From Octopus vulgaris (taxonomy: Eukaryota), in the NCBI GenBank assembly GCA_951406725.2, contig OX597828.1, positions 42,098,001-42,162,000 on the forward strand: DNA of 64,000 bases, in the 5' to 3' direction. Both the position numbers and the translations under genes were made by a program. Under the pieces are notes generated by a model, which worked only from the letters and a program-made list of their open reading frames with translations, did not search any database and was not told the origin of the DNA. This document shows positions 40,420 through 52,760 of the stretch, in pieces. Each line of letters begins with the position of its first letter. The stretch's first letter is position 1.

Positions 40420-40680
40420 ATTGTCGGTGTCTTTGGATACTTAAAACTTCATTTTTATAGACAGAACGAATAACTTTCGCTGCTTCCGTTGCTGACGAGT
40501 CGTTTTTTAAAAATGTTCATACAGCATGCCATGTCTGACCCAGATTTGATCTAAACTTCTTTTAATATGAATCAAATCAATTCAAATCTATCCACAATGA
40601 TATAAATCAATCTAGAAAGAAAGGAATTTTGGTATTTAAATGTCTATACTTACCGTGAACAGCGCTAGAAGCTGTGCAAA

Positions 40681-40684
40681 GATG

Positions 40685-40742
<58 letters not shown>

Positions 40743-40809
40743 TAATAATAATAATAACAACAATAATAATAATAATAATAACAACAATAATAATAATAAT
40801 AATAATAAC

Positions 40810-40871
<62 letters not shown>

Positions 40872-40884
40872 TAATAATAACAAA

Positions 40885-40934
<50 letters not shown>

Positions 40935-40947
40935 TAATAATAATAAC

Positions 40948-40979
<32 letters not shown>

Positions 40980-41000
40980 TAATAATAATAATAATAAGAA
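40681..41000. repeat. (AAT)n/(AAC) microsatellite
   Basis: Directly visible. Confidence 0.95.
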
Positions 41001-41040
41001 GAAGAACAAGAAGAACAAGAAGAAGTAAAGGAGGAGTGGA

Positions 41041-41620
41041 GGAGGATGGGAGGAGGAGTAGAAGAAGGAGGAGGAGGAGGAGAAGAAGAAGGAGAAGAAG
41101 AAGGAGAAGAAGAAGAAGAAGAAGAAGAAGAAGAAGAAGAAGAAGAAGAAGAAGAAGAAGAAGAAGAAGAAGAAGAAGAAGAAGAAGAAGAGACGACGAC
41201 GAATAACAACAACGACGACGGCGACGACGATGACAGCTACTGTTGTGTACGACTGATGCAGTGATAAAGCTCTGCCCATTGTGAGAAGAAGAAGGAGAAG
41301 AAGAAGGAGAAGAAGAAGAAGTAGAAGAAGAAGAAGAAGAAGAAGAGGAGGAGGAGGATGGGAGGAGGAGTAGAAGAAGGAGGAGGAGGAGGAGAAGAAG
41401 AAGGAGAAGAAGAAGGAGAAGAAGAAGAAGAAGAAGAAGAAGGAGAAGAAGAAGAAGAAGAAGAAGAAGAAGAAGAAGAAGAAGAAGAAGAAGAAGAAGA
41501 AGAAGAAGAAGAAGAAGAAGAAGAAGAGACGACGACGAATAACAACAACGACGACGGCGACGACGATGACAGCTACTGTTGTGTACGACTGATGCAGTGA
41601 TAAAGCTCTGCCCATTGTGA
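41041..41620. repeat. direct tandem duplication (~245-270 bp) containing (GAA)n
   Basis: 41041-41284 and 41353-41620 share an identical unique tail GAGACGACGACG...GCTCTGCCCATTGTGA. Confidence 0.9.
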
Positions 41621-41704
41621 AGTCCTCTCAGCTGCTCTTCTGTAGCCGGGAAGGGCGGCCAGTTTCTTTTTCTGTCTGATGGTTATGGCGGAAAACAAGC
41701 TATA

Positions 41705-41979
41705 CAGGGTTGGCCAAAAGTCACTTGGGAGTAAATCAAAATTCCATAAATACTTAATACTCTTTACTCTTTTACTCTTTTACTTGTTTCAGTCATTTGA
41801 CTGCGGTCATGCTGGAGCACCGCCTTTAGTCGAGCAACTCGACCCCGGGACTTATTCTTTTTGTAAGCCCAGTACTTATTCTATCGGTCTCTTTTTGCCG
41901 AACCGCTAAGTGACGGGGACGTAAACACACCAGAATCGGTTGTCAAGCAATGCTAGGGGGAACAAACACAGACACACGA

Positions 41980-42030
<51 letters not shown>

Positions 42031-42302
42031 TACGACAGGCTTCTTTCAGTTTCCGTCTACCAAATCCACTCACAAGGCATTGGTCGGCCCGGGGCTATAG
42101 CAGAAGACACTTACCCAAGATGCCACGCAGTGGGACTGAACCCGGAACCATGAGGTTGGTTAGCAAGCACACAGCCATTTTATTTATTCAATCCAATTAT
42201 GAATGTTTAATAATTGAATGCTGTGAGTTAAAATAATTTTTTGTTTTAATCTTGGAATCAAATGGGTTTTAGTTACTGTCAGGTGACTTTTGGCCAACCC
42301 TA
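41705..42302. mobile_element. Tc1/mariner-type MITE with nested SINE
   Basis: TIRs CAGGGTTGGCCAAAAGTCAC / GTGACTTTTGGCCAACCCT; preceded by TA. Confidence 0.8.
41762..42176 (-). mobile_element. SINE family B nested in the MITE
   Basis: Reverse complement of the 17754 copy. Confidence 0.9.
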
Positions 42303-43445
42303 CATCGTGGACTTGCCTTGAAGAACTAACACACCACACTTCTTCAATGAGACTCTCTTTAACTCAATCAGAAATTCCGGTATTTTTTGTGGGGGTGGCA
42401 AGAGGGTGAGAGGAGAGAGTGAAGCGTTGACCCCTAATAAATTTATTGATAGATGGTTGACAAGTGATGAACATGGTTGTCAAGTCAATGATGAATCTGA
42501 AGGGGTTTGTTACTGGCCCAATGCTCTGCTGTTTTAATGGATGGGGACGCAGGGCAGTTATCCGAGACCTCGCGAGTCTAGGGGTCCAATTCTAGTCTCT
42601 GTACGGTAAATACAGTTAGTGTGTGTGTGTGCGTGCGTGTTTGCACCCGTGTTCGTAATTGCATATCTATCTTTCCGCATATATATATATATATATATGC
42701 TAGGTCGCCCTTGAGTGCTACTGGTGACATCTAACCCAGTACAACATGTCGCATGGTCGGGTCATCGGCGACTAAACTGGCAACCCCATGAGGTTTGCTC
42801 GAGGAGGAGAGTAATTGTTGGACACCCTGCGGGACGAAAAATAAGACCCGTCGAAGGGCGGAAGAACTACTGTGTAGTTAACGGCCAATTCAATATGTAC
42901 CTTGCCGCAGTGAAGTGCCTGTATGTTCCACTGACCTAGAGAGCTATGCTGGAGGGAGAGAAATCTTCAGGCAGGTCGTACCAGGCCAGATAGGTCGAAG
43001 GATAGGAGGCAGACAAACCCTTAACGACAATAAATCGAAGCATCGGCAGCAGGTCGTGGATTCAGTTATTGGCAGGACCTAACAGATCAGATTCCTGCCT
43101 TTGAACTAGCAGGATGTCATGCAGTCGATCTTGAATATAAGACAATGGATGAGAACCTAATATTCCTAGTTAGATGGCAACAGCGGGACCACATGCAGCA
43201 GCTCCCTGTGATTCCTATAGTATGTGCAACCGAAACCCCTAGAGGCGTTATGGGACGACCTAGGTGAGAGATAGATGGATATATATATGTGTGTGTGTAT
43301 GTGTGTGTATGTGTGTGTGTGTGTATAAAGAGAGGAGAGAGAGGGCCATAATTTTGAAGTGCGGGGCCCCATTTCTGAATTGTCTGTAGGACCCTCTACT
43401 CTACGCTGAAGATTGATGGTTTATGCTTCGTGTAGTACACCAGTG

Positions 43446-43809
43446 TGGAGGCACAATGGTCCAGAGGTTAGGACAGCAGACACGCGGTCATTGGATCGCG
43501 ATTTCGATTTCCAGACCGGGCGTTGTGAACGAAAACACCTAAAGCTACATAAGGCTCCGGCAGTGGGGGGGGGGGAACCCTGCTTTACTCTTTCACTACA
43601 ACTTTCTCTCACTCTTTCTGCTTGTTTCTGTTGTACCTGTATTTCAAAGGGCCAAACTTGTTACACTCTGTGTCACGCTGAATATTCCCGAGAACTACGT
43701 TAAGGGTATACGTTTCTGTGGAGTGCTCAGACACTTGCATGTTAATTTTACGGGCAGGCTGTTCCATTGATCGGATCAACTGGAGCCCTCATCGTCGCAA
43801 CCGACGGAG

Positions 43810-43850
<41 letters not shown>
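43446..43850 (+). mobile_element. SINE family C with (TA)n tail and 12 bp TSD
   Basis: TAGTACACCAGT at 43433-43444 and 43851-43862. Confidence 0.9.
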
Positions 43851-43856
<6 letters not shown>

Positions 43857-44074
43857 ACCAGTACTAGCCAAAAAGCGTCGTGGGTTTCAGGCTCCACCAA
43901 CGATATACTAAAAAGGATGTACTAATGGAAAGCTCATCTGAAAGTTTAGATGTTTTATTACAAGTCGACCATATGTGCGAGCCCTCCTTTGGCGCTGTAC
44001 CCTCTCTTGGCACGAGGCCCAATTTGAACGAATAAGTCTCATTGGTTTAAAACCGACCCTGATATATACATCAG

Positions 44075-44875
44075 GTGTGGCCATGTGTTAAGAAGCTTGC
44101 TTGAAGGCGGCGAGCTGGCAGAAACGTTAGCACGCCGGGCGAAGGGCTTAGTGGTATTTCATCTGCCGTTACGTTCTGAGTTCAAATTCTGCCGAGGTCG
44201 ACTTTGCCTTTCATCCTTTTGGTGTCGATAAATTAAGTACCAGTTACGCACTGGGGTCAATATAATCGACTTAATCCGTTTGTCTGTCCTTGTTTGTCCC
44301 CTCTATGTTTAGCCCCTTGTGAGCAATAAAGAAATAAGAAATAAAAAGCTTGCTTCCCAACAACGTTCTAAGTTCAGTCCCACTATATGACACGTTATAC
44401 TAAAGCCTGAGGCTTTGTGAGTGAATTTGGTTGACGGAAACTGAAAGAAGCCCGTCGTATACATGTACATATCTGTGTACATTTCTCTTTGTGTCTGCGT
44501 TTGTTACTCACCACTGCTTGGCAACCGGTGTTGGTAGGTTTATGCACCTGTTAGATAGCGGTTAGGCAAAATACCCGAAAGAAAAAGTACTAAGCTTATA
44601 CATAATAGACACTGGGGTCGATTCGTTGAACTAAAGCCCTTCAGCGCGGTGCTCCAGCGTGGCCGCAGTCAGATGATCGGAACAAGTAAAAGATAAAAGA
44701 TATGTTTATATAGACACAAGCATGGCTGTGTGGTAAGAAGCTTGCTTCCCAATCACATGGTTCTAGGTTCAGTCCTACTGCGTGGCACCTTGGGCAAGTG
44801 TCTTCTACTATAGTCTTGGGCCGATCAAAGTCTTGTGGATGGATTTGGTAGACGGAAACTGAAAGAAGCCCGTCG

Positions 44876-44912
<37 letters not shown>

Positions 44913-45118
44913 ATATAAGTGTGTGTGTGTTTGTTCCCCATCATCACTTGACAACCGATGTTGGTGTGTTTACGTACGCGTAACTTAGCGGTTCGGTAAA
45001 AGTGACGATAGAATAAGTACTGGGCTTACAAAGAATAATTCCTGGGGTCGATTTGCTCGACTGAAGGCGGTGCTCCAGCATGGCCGCAGTCAAAATTACT
45101 GAAACAAGTAAAAGAATA
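44075..45118 (+). mobile_element. SINE cluster: family B with nested family A (44105-44345), followed by a second family B
   Basis: AAGCTTGCTT is duplicated around the family A insert; family B heads and tails are recognisable. Confidence 0.8.
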
Positions 45119-45146
45119 TACTCATAAATGCGCGCACAGAAGCAGG

Positions 45147-45202
<56 letters not shown>

Positions 45203-46372
45203 ACACACACACACGCACATGTTGACGGATTGCTTTCGTTATCTGAAATACGCGATGGTCACCAACGGAATGTCTTTGATCATAAGTTCCGTACGATCAA
45301 AGTTGAACTAGGACTAAAGAAAATTAACGACCATAACCTCATCCACGCCTTAAACACGAACTGCCGCCGCCACCGCTACCACCACCACCACCACCACCAC
45401 CACCACCACCAACACCACCGCTATCACCACTACTGCTACCACCACATCCATTACCAACGCTATCACCACCACCACCACCACAACCGCTACTACCTCCACC
45501 ACTACCACTATCACAAGCACCAAACCAACACCACCACTACTGCCACCAACACCAACATCAACTCTACTTCTACAACCACTACGACAAACACCACTACCGC
45601 CACCATCGCTACTACTACCACCACCACCACCACCACCACCACCACCATCACCCACCTGCTCGCCATCACCAACACATCCACCCCAAATTATATTCATTTC
45701 CGAACACCCGTCAGTTAACGGGGTGTTGTAGGGGGGGAGGTACCTTTTCGTCCGCCTTTTAATAATGTAACAAAAGGGAGCAAGGCCCTTGCTCCAACTA
45801 TTGTCATAACTTGAACCCTGCACGACCCCCGGATCACTGGATGGTGACGACGCCAGGAGGAGTCGTACAAGGGATAGGGGGTAGTATGTTGGGGCGGGGG
45901 GGCGTGATGGTGATGGTGATGGTGGTGGTGCTGCCGTTAGTTGTGATGGTGCCGGTTGTAGTGGAGGCGATAGTGGTGACGGGGGTTGTGGTGGTTATGA
46001 TGGTTGAGGTGATGATGGTGGTGATTGTGGTGTTGGTGGCGGTGGTAGTGGTGGTTGTGGTTGTGGTTGTGGTTGTGGTAGTGTTGGTGGTGGTAGTGGT
46101 GATAGTGGCGGTGGTAGTGGTGGTTGTTGTGGTTGTGGTGGTGATTGTGGTAGTGGTGGTGGTTGTGCTGTTGGCGATGGTGGTGGTGGTGGTGGTGGTG
46201 ATGCTAGTAATTAGGACGGGACGGGTATGTGATTGTTGTACTTGATAATGTTCCTCAACCTGAGGTTGAACCCAATACAGAGAAAAAAATCTTTGATCAA
46301 AGTCATTCCAGTTGTGACCATCTAGTATTATCACTTTCTTCAAGATAGATAGATAGATAGATAGATAGATAT

Positions 46373-46425
<53 letters not shown>

Positions 46426-46452
46426 CAGATAGATAGATAGACAGATAGATAA

Positions 46453-46489
<37 letters not shown>

Positions 46490-46491
<2 letters not shown>

Positions 46492-48184
46492 TGTTTCTTT
46501 ATTAGCCACACAGGGCTGCACACAGATAGAACAAATTACAAGGTAGAGCTTTTCTTTTGAAGGTTTAAGAAAGAAAAAAAAAAAAAAAAAAGGAAGGGGG
46601 AGTTTCGATCAAAAGGGATCGTAAAAGGAGAGAAAGAGGACAAAAAAAAGGGGGTTTAAAAAAAAAGGGGGGGGGGGAAAAAAATTGATCAATAGGGATC
46701 GTTATCACAGAAATGTCAATATGAAGTGTAAAGGGGAGGACAGGTGAGGTTTACCCGTGCAAAGAAAAGCCTACGGAAAAGACCACGGTAACCTCGGTCA
46801 ATGATGTCACATTTTATATTTCTTTTTTTTTCTTTTTGCAAATAAGCAACTCTCTGTTTTCGATTTCTGGGTTCATAGGACTATGCTCAAGGTGGCTTCG
46901 TCATTCATACGTGCCATTCTTGCTACATTCACCCATCTTTTTTAAAACATTCGCTAGACAAAACTTGCCTCTCTACTCTCACTTTCCTTTTCAAGTGGTA
47001 CTTGAAGAAGTTGATGAGAGATTGACCAGAGAGGAAAGTGTTTGTCTCCAATCCTTTCAGACGTGTCCACCAGATACATTCTTTCGCCATAGCCACAAGG
47101 ATGATGAAAATAGCTCTTCCTTCCCGTTTGAAGGAAGGAGGCGTGACAATATTGACGATAGACTCAGCTGATAAACCGACTCGTCCCACACGTGACAGCA
47201 GTTGTTCGACATAAGCCCACAGGTCGGAAATTGTTGGACACTGAACGAGTGCGTGCAGAACGGTTTCGTCGCTCTGACCGCATCTCGGGCAGGTCGGCCC
47301 CGTGTTTCTCGAGCCGTGTCTGTAGAGCTTATCCCGAACGGGTAGCGCTTCTCGGTAGCACTGCCAGGCCAGGGATCTCTGGAAGTTGTCCATGGGCCCT
47401 GGCCCGAAAGTCGTCCTGAACAGGCGGGTCAGGTACTCCTCGTCGACGTCCAGGTTCGCCCCGAGCTCGTCGTCGTACCTCCCCTCCACTAAACCCCTAT
47501 AGAATGCTTTGGTTGTGTTGAAGTCACTTAAGGTCGACCCAGGACGGCAGAGTTGCTTGAGAGCAACGCGACACTCGCGGTGCCATTCGCCCTTCCTCGG
47601 CCTCTTTTTGATCCACGACTGCAGTTCGGTCATGGAGACGAGCTGCGGGAAAGCGTGCCTCACAAACGGCGACCACACCTGTTCACCGTCGTCTACATAG
47701 AGCCAGAGATGCCGCAGTCTCAGCGCGTGTCTGCGCATCATCAACCACGGCATGCCCAGCCCTCCTTTTAACGGGTGTTGACAGCAAATGGATCGCCTGA
47801 CCATCGGGACGCATCCTTTCCACAAGAAGCGAAAGAGGATGCGTTGTAGTTTGGTGATGGTAGGGTCGGGACAAGGTACGACGGTCAGGCGGTAGTAGAT
47901 GACGGACGCGATGTACGTGTTCGCCACCTCCGCTCGACCTTTTAGGGACAGTTTCCTCTCGGCCCATTGCCGGGCGAGAGTGACCACCCTACTCGTTATC
48001 TCGTTCCAGTTCTTCTCCACTTGGAGGTCCGGACCAAACCAGACCCCGAGCAACTCAACCGGGCCGTCGGTCCAGCGTCCCACGACGGACCGACGGCCCG
48101 GTTGAGTTGCTCGTGTTCTGGTTTGGTCCGGACCTCCAAGTGGAGAAGAACTGGAACGAGATAACGAGTAGGGTCGGGACAAGG

Positions 48185-48186
<2 letters not shown>
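46490..48186 (-). mobile_element. 5'-truncated Tx1/L1-clade non-LTR retrotransposon in a (GATA)n tract
   Basis: ORF with KLSLKGRAEVANT, GGLG and zf-RVT CPRC...ETVLHALVQC; 3' UTR ends AATAAAGAAACAT-(ATCT)n. Confidence 0.9.
46929..48182 (-). pseudogene. Tx1/L1-like ORF2 C-terminal fragment (RT thumb + zf-RVT), still an open frame
   Basis: 417 aa ORF in the track; the first ~30 aa come from the fold-back rearrangement. Confidence 0.85.
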
Positions 48187-48240
<54 letters not shown>

Positions 48241-48286
48241 AAGCTAGAGAGATAGATAAATAGATAGATAGATAGATAGATAGATT

Positions 48287-48352
<66 letters not shown>

Positions 48353-48357
48353 CAGAC

Positions 48358-48420
<63 letters not shown>

Positions 48421-48429
48421 CAGACAGAT

Positions 48430-48592
48430 ATGTTTCTTTATTAGCCACACAGGGCTGCACACAGACAGAACAAATTACAAGGTAGAGCTTTTCTTTTGGG
48501 GGTAAAAAAAGGGGGTTGGTTTTCGATCAAAAGGGATCGTAAAAGGAAAGAAAGAGGACAAAAAAGGGGAGGATTTAAAAAAAAAGGTGGGG
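48430..48592 (-). mobile_element. second, heavily truncated copy of the same Tx1-like 3' end in (GATA)n
   Basis: ATGTTTCTTTATTAGCCACACAGGGCTGCACACAGA is identical to the sequence from 46491 onward. Confidence 0.9.
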
Positions 48593-48619
48593 TAGATAGA
48601 TAGACAGACAGATAGATAA

Positions 48620-48692
<73 letters not shown>

Positions 48693-48965
48693 CAGATAGA
48701 CAGACAGACAGACAGATAGTTGAGAGGTCCTATAAATATAGATATGCATCTGAATGTCTCTATTACACGTTTACCTTCCACGACAGTCAGTCTGTGAATG
48801 AGTCGTGTTAGGACCTGTTCCTGTGTATTTAATCCTCCGTGTCTGGAGACGCATGTACACGAACATGTACGTACATCCCGTTCAGTTTAGTTACAACTCA
48901 ACATTGACGACACAAAAGGATGTGTGAGCTCACGTCGATACCTGTGTGTGTATGTGCGCGTATAT

Positions 48966-48999
<34 letters not shown>

Positions 49000-49065
49000 G
49001 TCAGACGTACACATGCATACACAGGCATACACACACACACACACAATGATTCCTTGGTTCTCTAT

Positions 49066-49290
49066 TCTAAAGCAGATATGTGTGTGTGTCTGTGTGTACG
49101 TGCGTGTATGTGTGTGTGCGCGTGTATGCACACACTGTTTATATCTGATTAGCGTTCGTGTGTGTGTGTGTGTGTGTGTGTACACACACACACATATACA
49201 CGAACGCTAATCAGATATAAACAGTGTGTGCATACACGCGCGCACACACATACACGCACGTACACACAGACACACACACATATCTGCTTT

Positions 49291-49293
<3 letters not shown>
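49066..49293. repeat. ~228 bp near-perfect palindrome
   Basis: TCTAAAGCAGATATG...GTGT|ACAC...CATATCTGCTTTAGA. Confidence 0.9.
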
Positions 49294-49330
<37 letters not shown>

Positions 49331-49344
49331 CCTTAAATCCTTAA

Positions 49345-49567
49345 AATGTTTTAGCCCGAAGGCCGCGGCCATGCTGGAGCAGCACCTTTAGTCGAACAAA
49401 TCGAGCCCAGGACTTATTCTTTGTCAGCCTAGTACTTATTCTATCGGTTTGTTATTGCCGAACCGCTAAGTTACGGGGACGTAAACCCACCAACATCGGT
49501 TGTCACGTGATGGTGGTGGCGGAGGGAGGGGTCAAACACAGACACACAAATACATACACACACACAT

Positions 49568-49639
<72 letters not shown>

Positions 49640-49752
49640 GACGGCTTCTTTCAGTTTCCGTCTACCAAATCCACTCTCAAGGCTTTGTTCGGCCCGAGGC
49701 TATAGTAGAAGACACTTGCCCACGCTGCCACTCGGTGGGACTGAACCCGGAA
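49345..49752 (-). mobile_element. SINE family B
   Basis: Reverse complement of family B. Confidence 0.85.
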
Positions 49753-49762
49753 CTCCTGTGCC

Positions 49763-49799
<37 letters not shown>

Positions 49800-49806
49800 C
49801 TCTGTT

Positions 49807-49851
<45 letters not shown>

Positions 49852-50079
49852 GTGTGTGTGTGTGTCTGTATGTAGGTGTGTCTATATGTGTGTGCATTAT
49901 ATATTATATGCACATGCATGCACATTTATATCTATACATATACAAACGCATACATATACATAAATGCATATACTTACATGCATATATACTCACACATACA
50001 TAATTATATGCATTCATATGATATTCCATTCATATTTGTCTGTGTAGTCGGGTTAATGTGTGTGTATATACCTGTAAAT

Positions 50080-50105
50080 GTATGTGCAAATATGTACGTA
50101 TGTAC

Positions 50106-50136
<31 letters not shown>

Positions 50137-50813
50137 TGTATGTATGTATGTATGTATGTATGTGCATGTATGTATGTATGTATATATGTATGTGTGTTTA
50201 TGCATATATGTATGTATTTATATTTGTATGTATGTACGTATGTATGTATGTATGTATGTATGTATGTATGTGCACGTGTGTATTTATGTACGTATGTATG
50301 TACGTATGTATATATGTATGTACGTATGTATGTAAATATGTATGTAAATATGTATATATATGTATGTATGTGTGTCTATGTATATATGTATATATGTATG
50401 TGTGTATTGTGTGAGTATGTATGCATGTATGTATGTATGTTTGTGTATCTATGTATGTATGTTTGTGCATGTATATATGTATGTGTGTGTATGTATATAT
50501 GTATGCATTCATATGTGTATGTATGTACGTATGCATGTGTATGTATGTATATATGTGTACTTGTGTATTTATGTACGTATGTGTAAACGTACTTACGTAT
50601 GTATGTACGTACATATGTATGTACATATTTGTATGTATGTGTGTCTATGTGTGTATGTATTTGTGTATGTATATATGTATGTATGTATGTACCTACGTAC
50701 TTATGCATGTATGCAAATATGTATGTCTGAATGCATGTATGTATGCATGTATGTATGTATTTATGTATGTATGTATGTATGAATGTATGTATGTATGTAT
50801 GTATGTACGTATG

Positions 50814-50847
<34 letters not shown>

Positions 50848-51110
50848 TGTATGTATGTATGAATGTATGTATGTATGTATGAGTGTATGTATGTATGTAT
50901 GTATGTATGTATGTATGCATGTATGTATGTATTTATGTATGTATGTATGAATGTATGTATGAATATATGTGTGTATGTATATATGTACGTATGTATGTAT
51001 GTATGTATGTACGTATGTAAATATGTATGTATGAATGTATGTATGTATGTATGTATGTATGTATGTATGTATGTATGTATGTATGTATGTATGTATGTAT
51101 GCATATATGA
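50080..51110. repeat. long degenerate (TATG)n microsatellite
   Basis: Directly visible. Confidence 0.95.
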
Positions 51111-51789
51111 ATGAGTGGACTGGGGCATGAATTAACATATCAACATGCCAGAATAGACAAATGCTAACATGTTTTTTTTCTCTTATTCCCGTTCTCCCTC
51201 TCTCTCCCTCTCTCTCTCACGCAATCTGCGAAACACATATATTCACACACACACACACACACATACACACACACACGTACACACACCTTTACATCGGTTT
51301 GTTTCAGTAAACCACGAAGTAAGTGAAACAGAACCGTTAGGTTCAATTGAAATAAATGTTGCGTGTCGTTAGAAGTCAATTGATTTTCTTGCCTGAGCTG
51401 GCAGAGGGCCGGGTACTACGGGTGTCTGCGCTCCACTGACTTTCGTTATCGGCTGCGATAAGGGTAGGTATTGTAGTCGTTGTGACACAAGATAAACCTT
51501 GATAGAGTTTTTTTTTTTTTTTTCCATACAAGCCGCTAGTACATCTTTATTGTCATCAACAGAAGTTTATTTAATGGCCGTCTCTGTACTAAGTGAAAGA
51601 AAGGAACCAAATGCTCCCGCCGAACCGAATCTGTCACCTGGATATTGTTTTATTGTTGCTGTTGTTGTTGTTGTTTAACCCGCGGTCTGTCCTGGTTAAA
51701 AATATAATCTCTCTGCTCAAATTGTCAGACGTATCAAACCCGCGTTTGTTTTTCCAGGTGGATTACCACAACGCTCCCTGTGTAAAGCG

Positions 51790-52760
51790 GGCGGCGAGTT
51801 GGTAGAATCGTTAGCACGCCTGGCGAAATGCTTAGCGGTATTTCGTCTGCCGTTACGTTCTGAGTTCAAATTCCGCCGAGGTCGACTTTGCCTTTCATCC
51901 TTTCAGAGTCGATTAAATAAGTACCAGTTATGCACTGGGGTCGATATAATCGACTTAATCCGTTTGTCTGTCCCTGTTTGTCCTCTCTGTGTTTAGCCCC
52001 TTGTGGGTAGTAAAGAAATAGGTATTTCGTCTGCTGTTATGTTCTGAGTTCAAATTCCGCCGAGGTCGACTTTGCCTTTCATCCTTTCGGGGTCGATTAA
52101 ATAAGTACCAGTTATGCACTGGGGTCGAGGTAATCGACTTAATCCGTTTGTCTGTCCTTGTTTGTCGCCTCTGTGTGTAGCCCCCTTGTGGGGTAGTAAA
52201 GAAATAGGTATTTCGTCTGCCGCTACGTTCAGAGTTCAAATTCCGCCGAGGTCGACTTTGCCTTTCATCTTTTCGGGGTCATAAATTAAGTATCAGTTAT
52301 GCATTGGGGTCGATATAATCGACTTAATCTGTTTGTATGTCCTTGTTTGTCTGTCCTTGTTTGTCTCCTCTGCGTGTAGCCCCCTTGTGGGGTAGTAAAG
52401 AAATAGGTATTTCGTCTGCCGCTACGTTCAGAGTTCAAATTCCGCCGAGGTCGACTTTGCCTTTCATCTTTTCGGGGTCATAAATTAAGTATCAGTTACG
52501 CACTGGGGTCGATATAATCGACTTAATCTGTTTGTCTGTCCTTGTTTGTCTCCTCTGCGTGTAGCCCCTTGTAGGCAGGAAAGAAATAAGAAACGTTAGC
52601 ACGTCGGGCGAAATTCTTAGCGGCATTTTGTGAAATTCAGCCGAGGTTGACTCTGCCTTTCATCTTTTCGGGTCGATAAATAAATACCACTTGAGTACTG
52701 GGACCGATGTAATCGTCTGATCCCCTTCCCCAAACCTGCTGATCTTGCGCCTAAATTTGA
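51790..52760 (+). mobile_element. SINE family A tandem array (four ~183-195 bp units plus a partial unit)
   Basis: Repeated junction GTAAAGAAATA|GGTATTTCGTCTG at about 52020, 52206 and 52405. Confidence 0.9.

Larger units (their letters stand above)
38870..40560 (-). pseudogene. decayed mariner transposase interrupted by a SINE trimer and a LINE
   Basis: Minus-strand fragments RHGMLYE...SATEAAKVIRSVY (HTH), KQVSELGRWVPQ (WVPHEL motif) and YNHIQRRRQWL occur in mariner order. Confidence 0.7.

Noticed and set aside
51790-52760. CRISPR-like or retrozyme interpretation of the 183 bp arrays
   Set aside because: No unique spacers, no cas genes, eukaryotic context and no hammerhead core in the unit.
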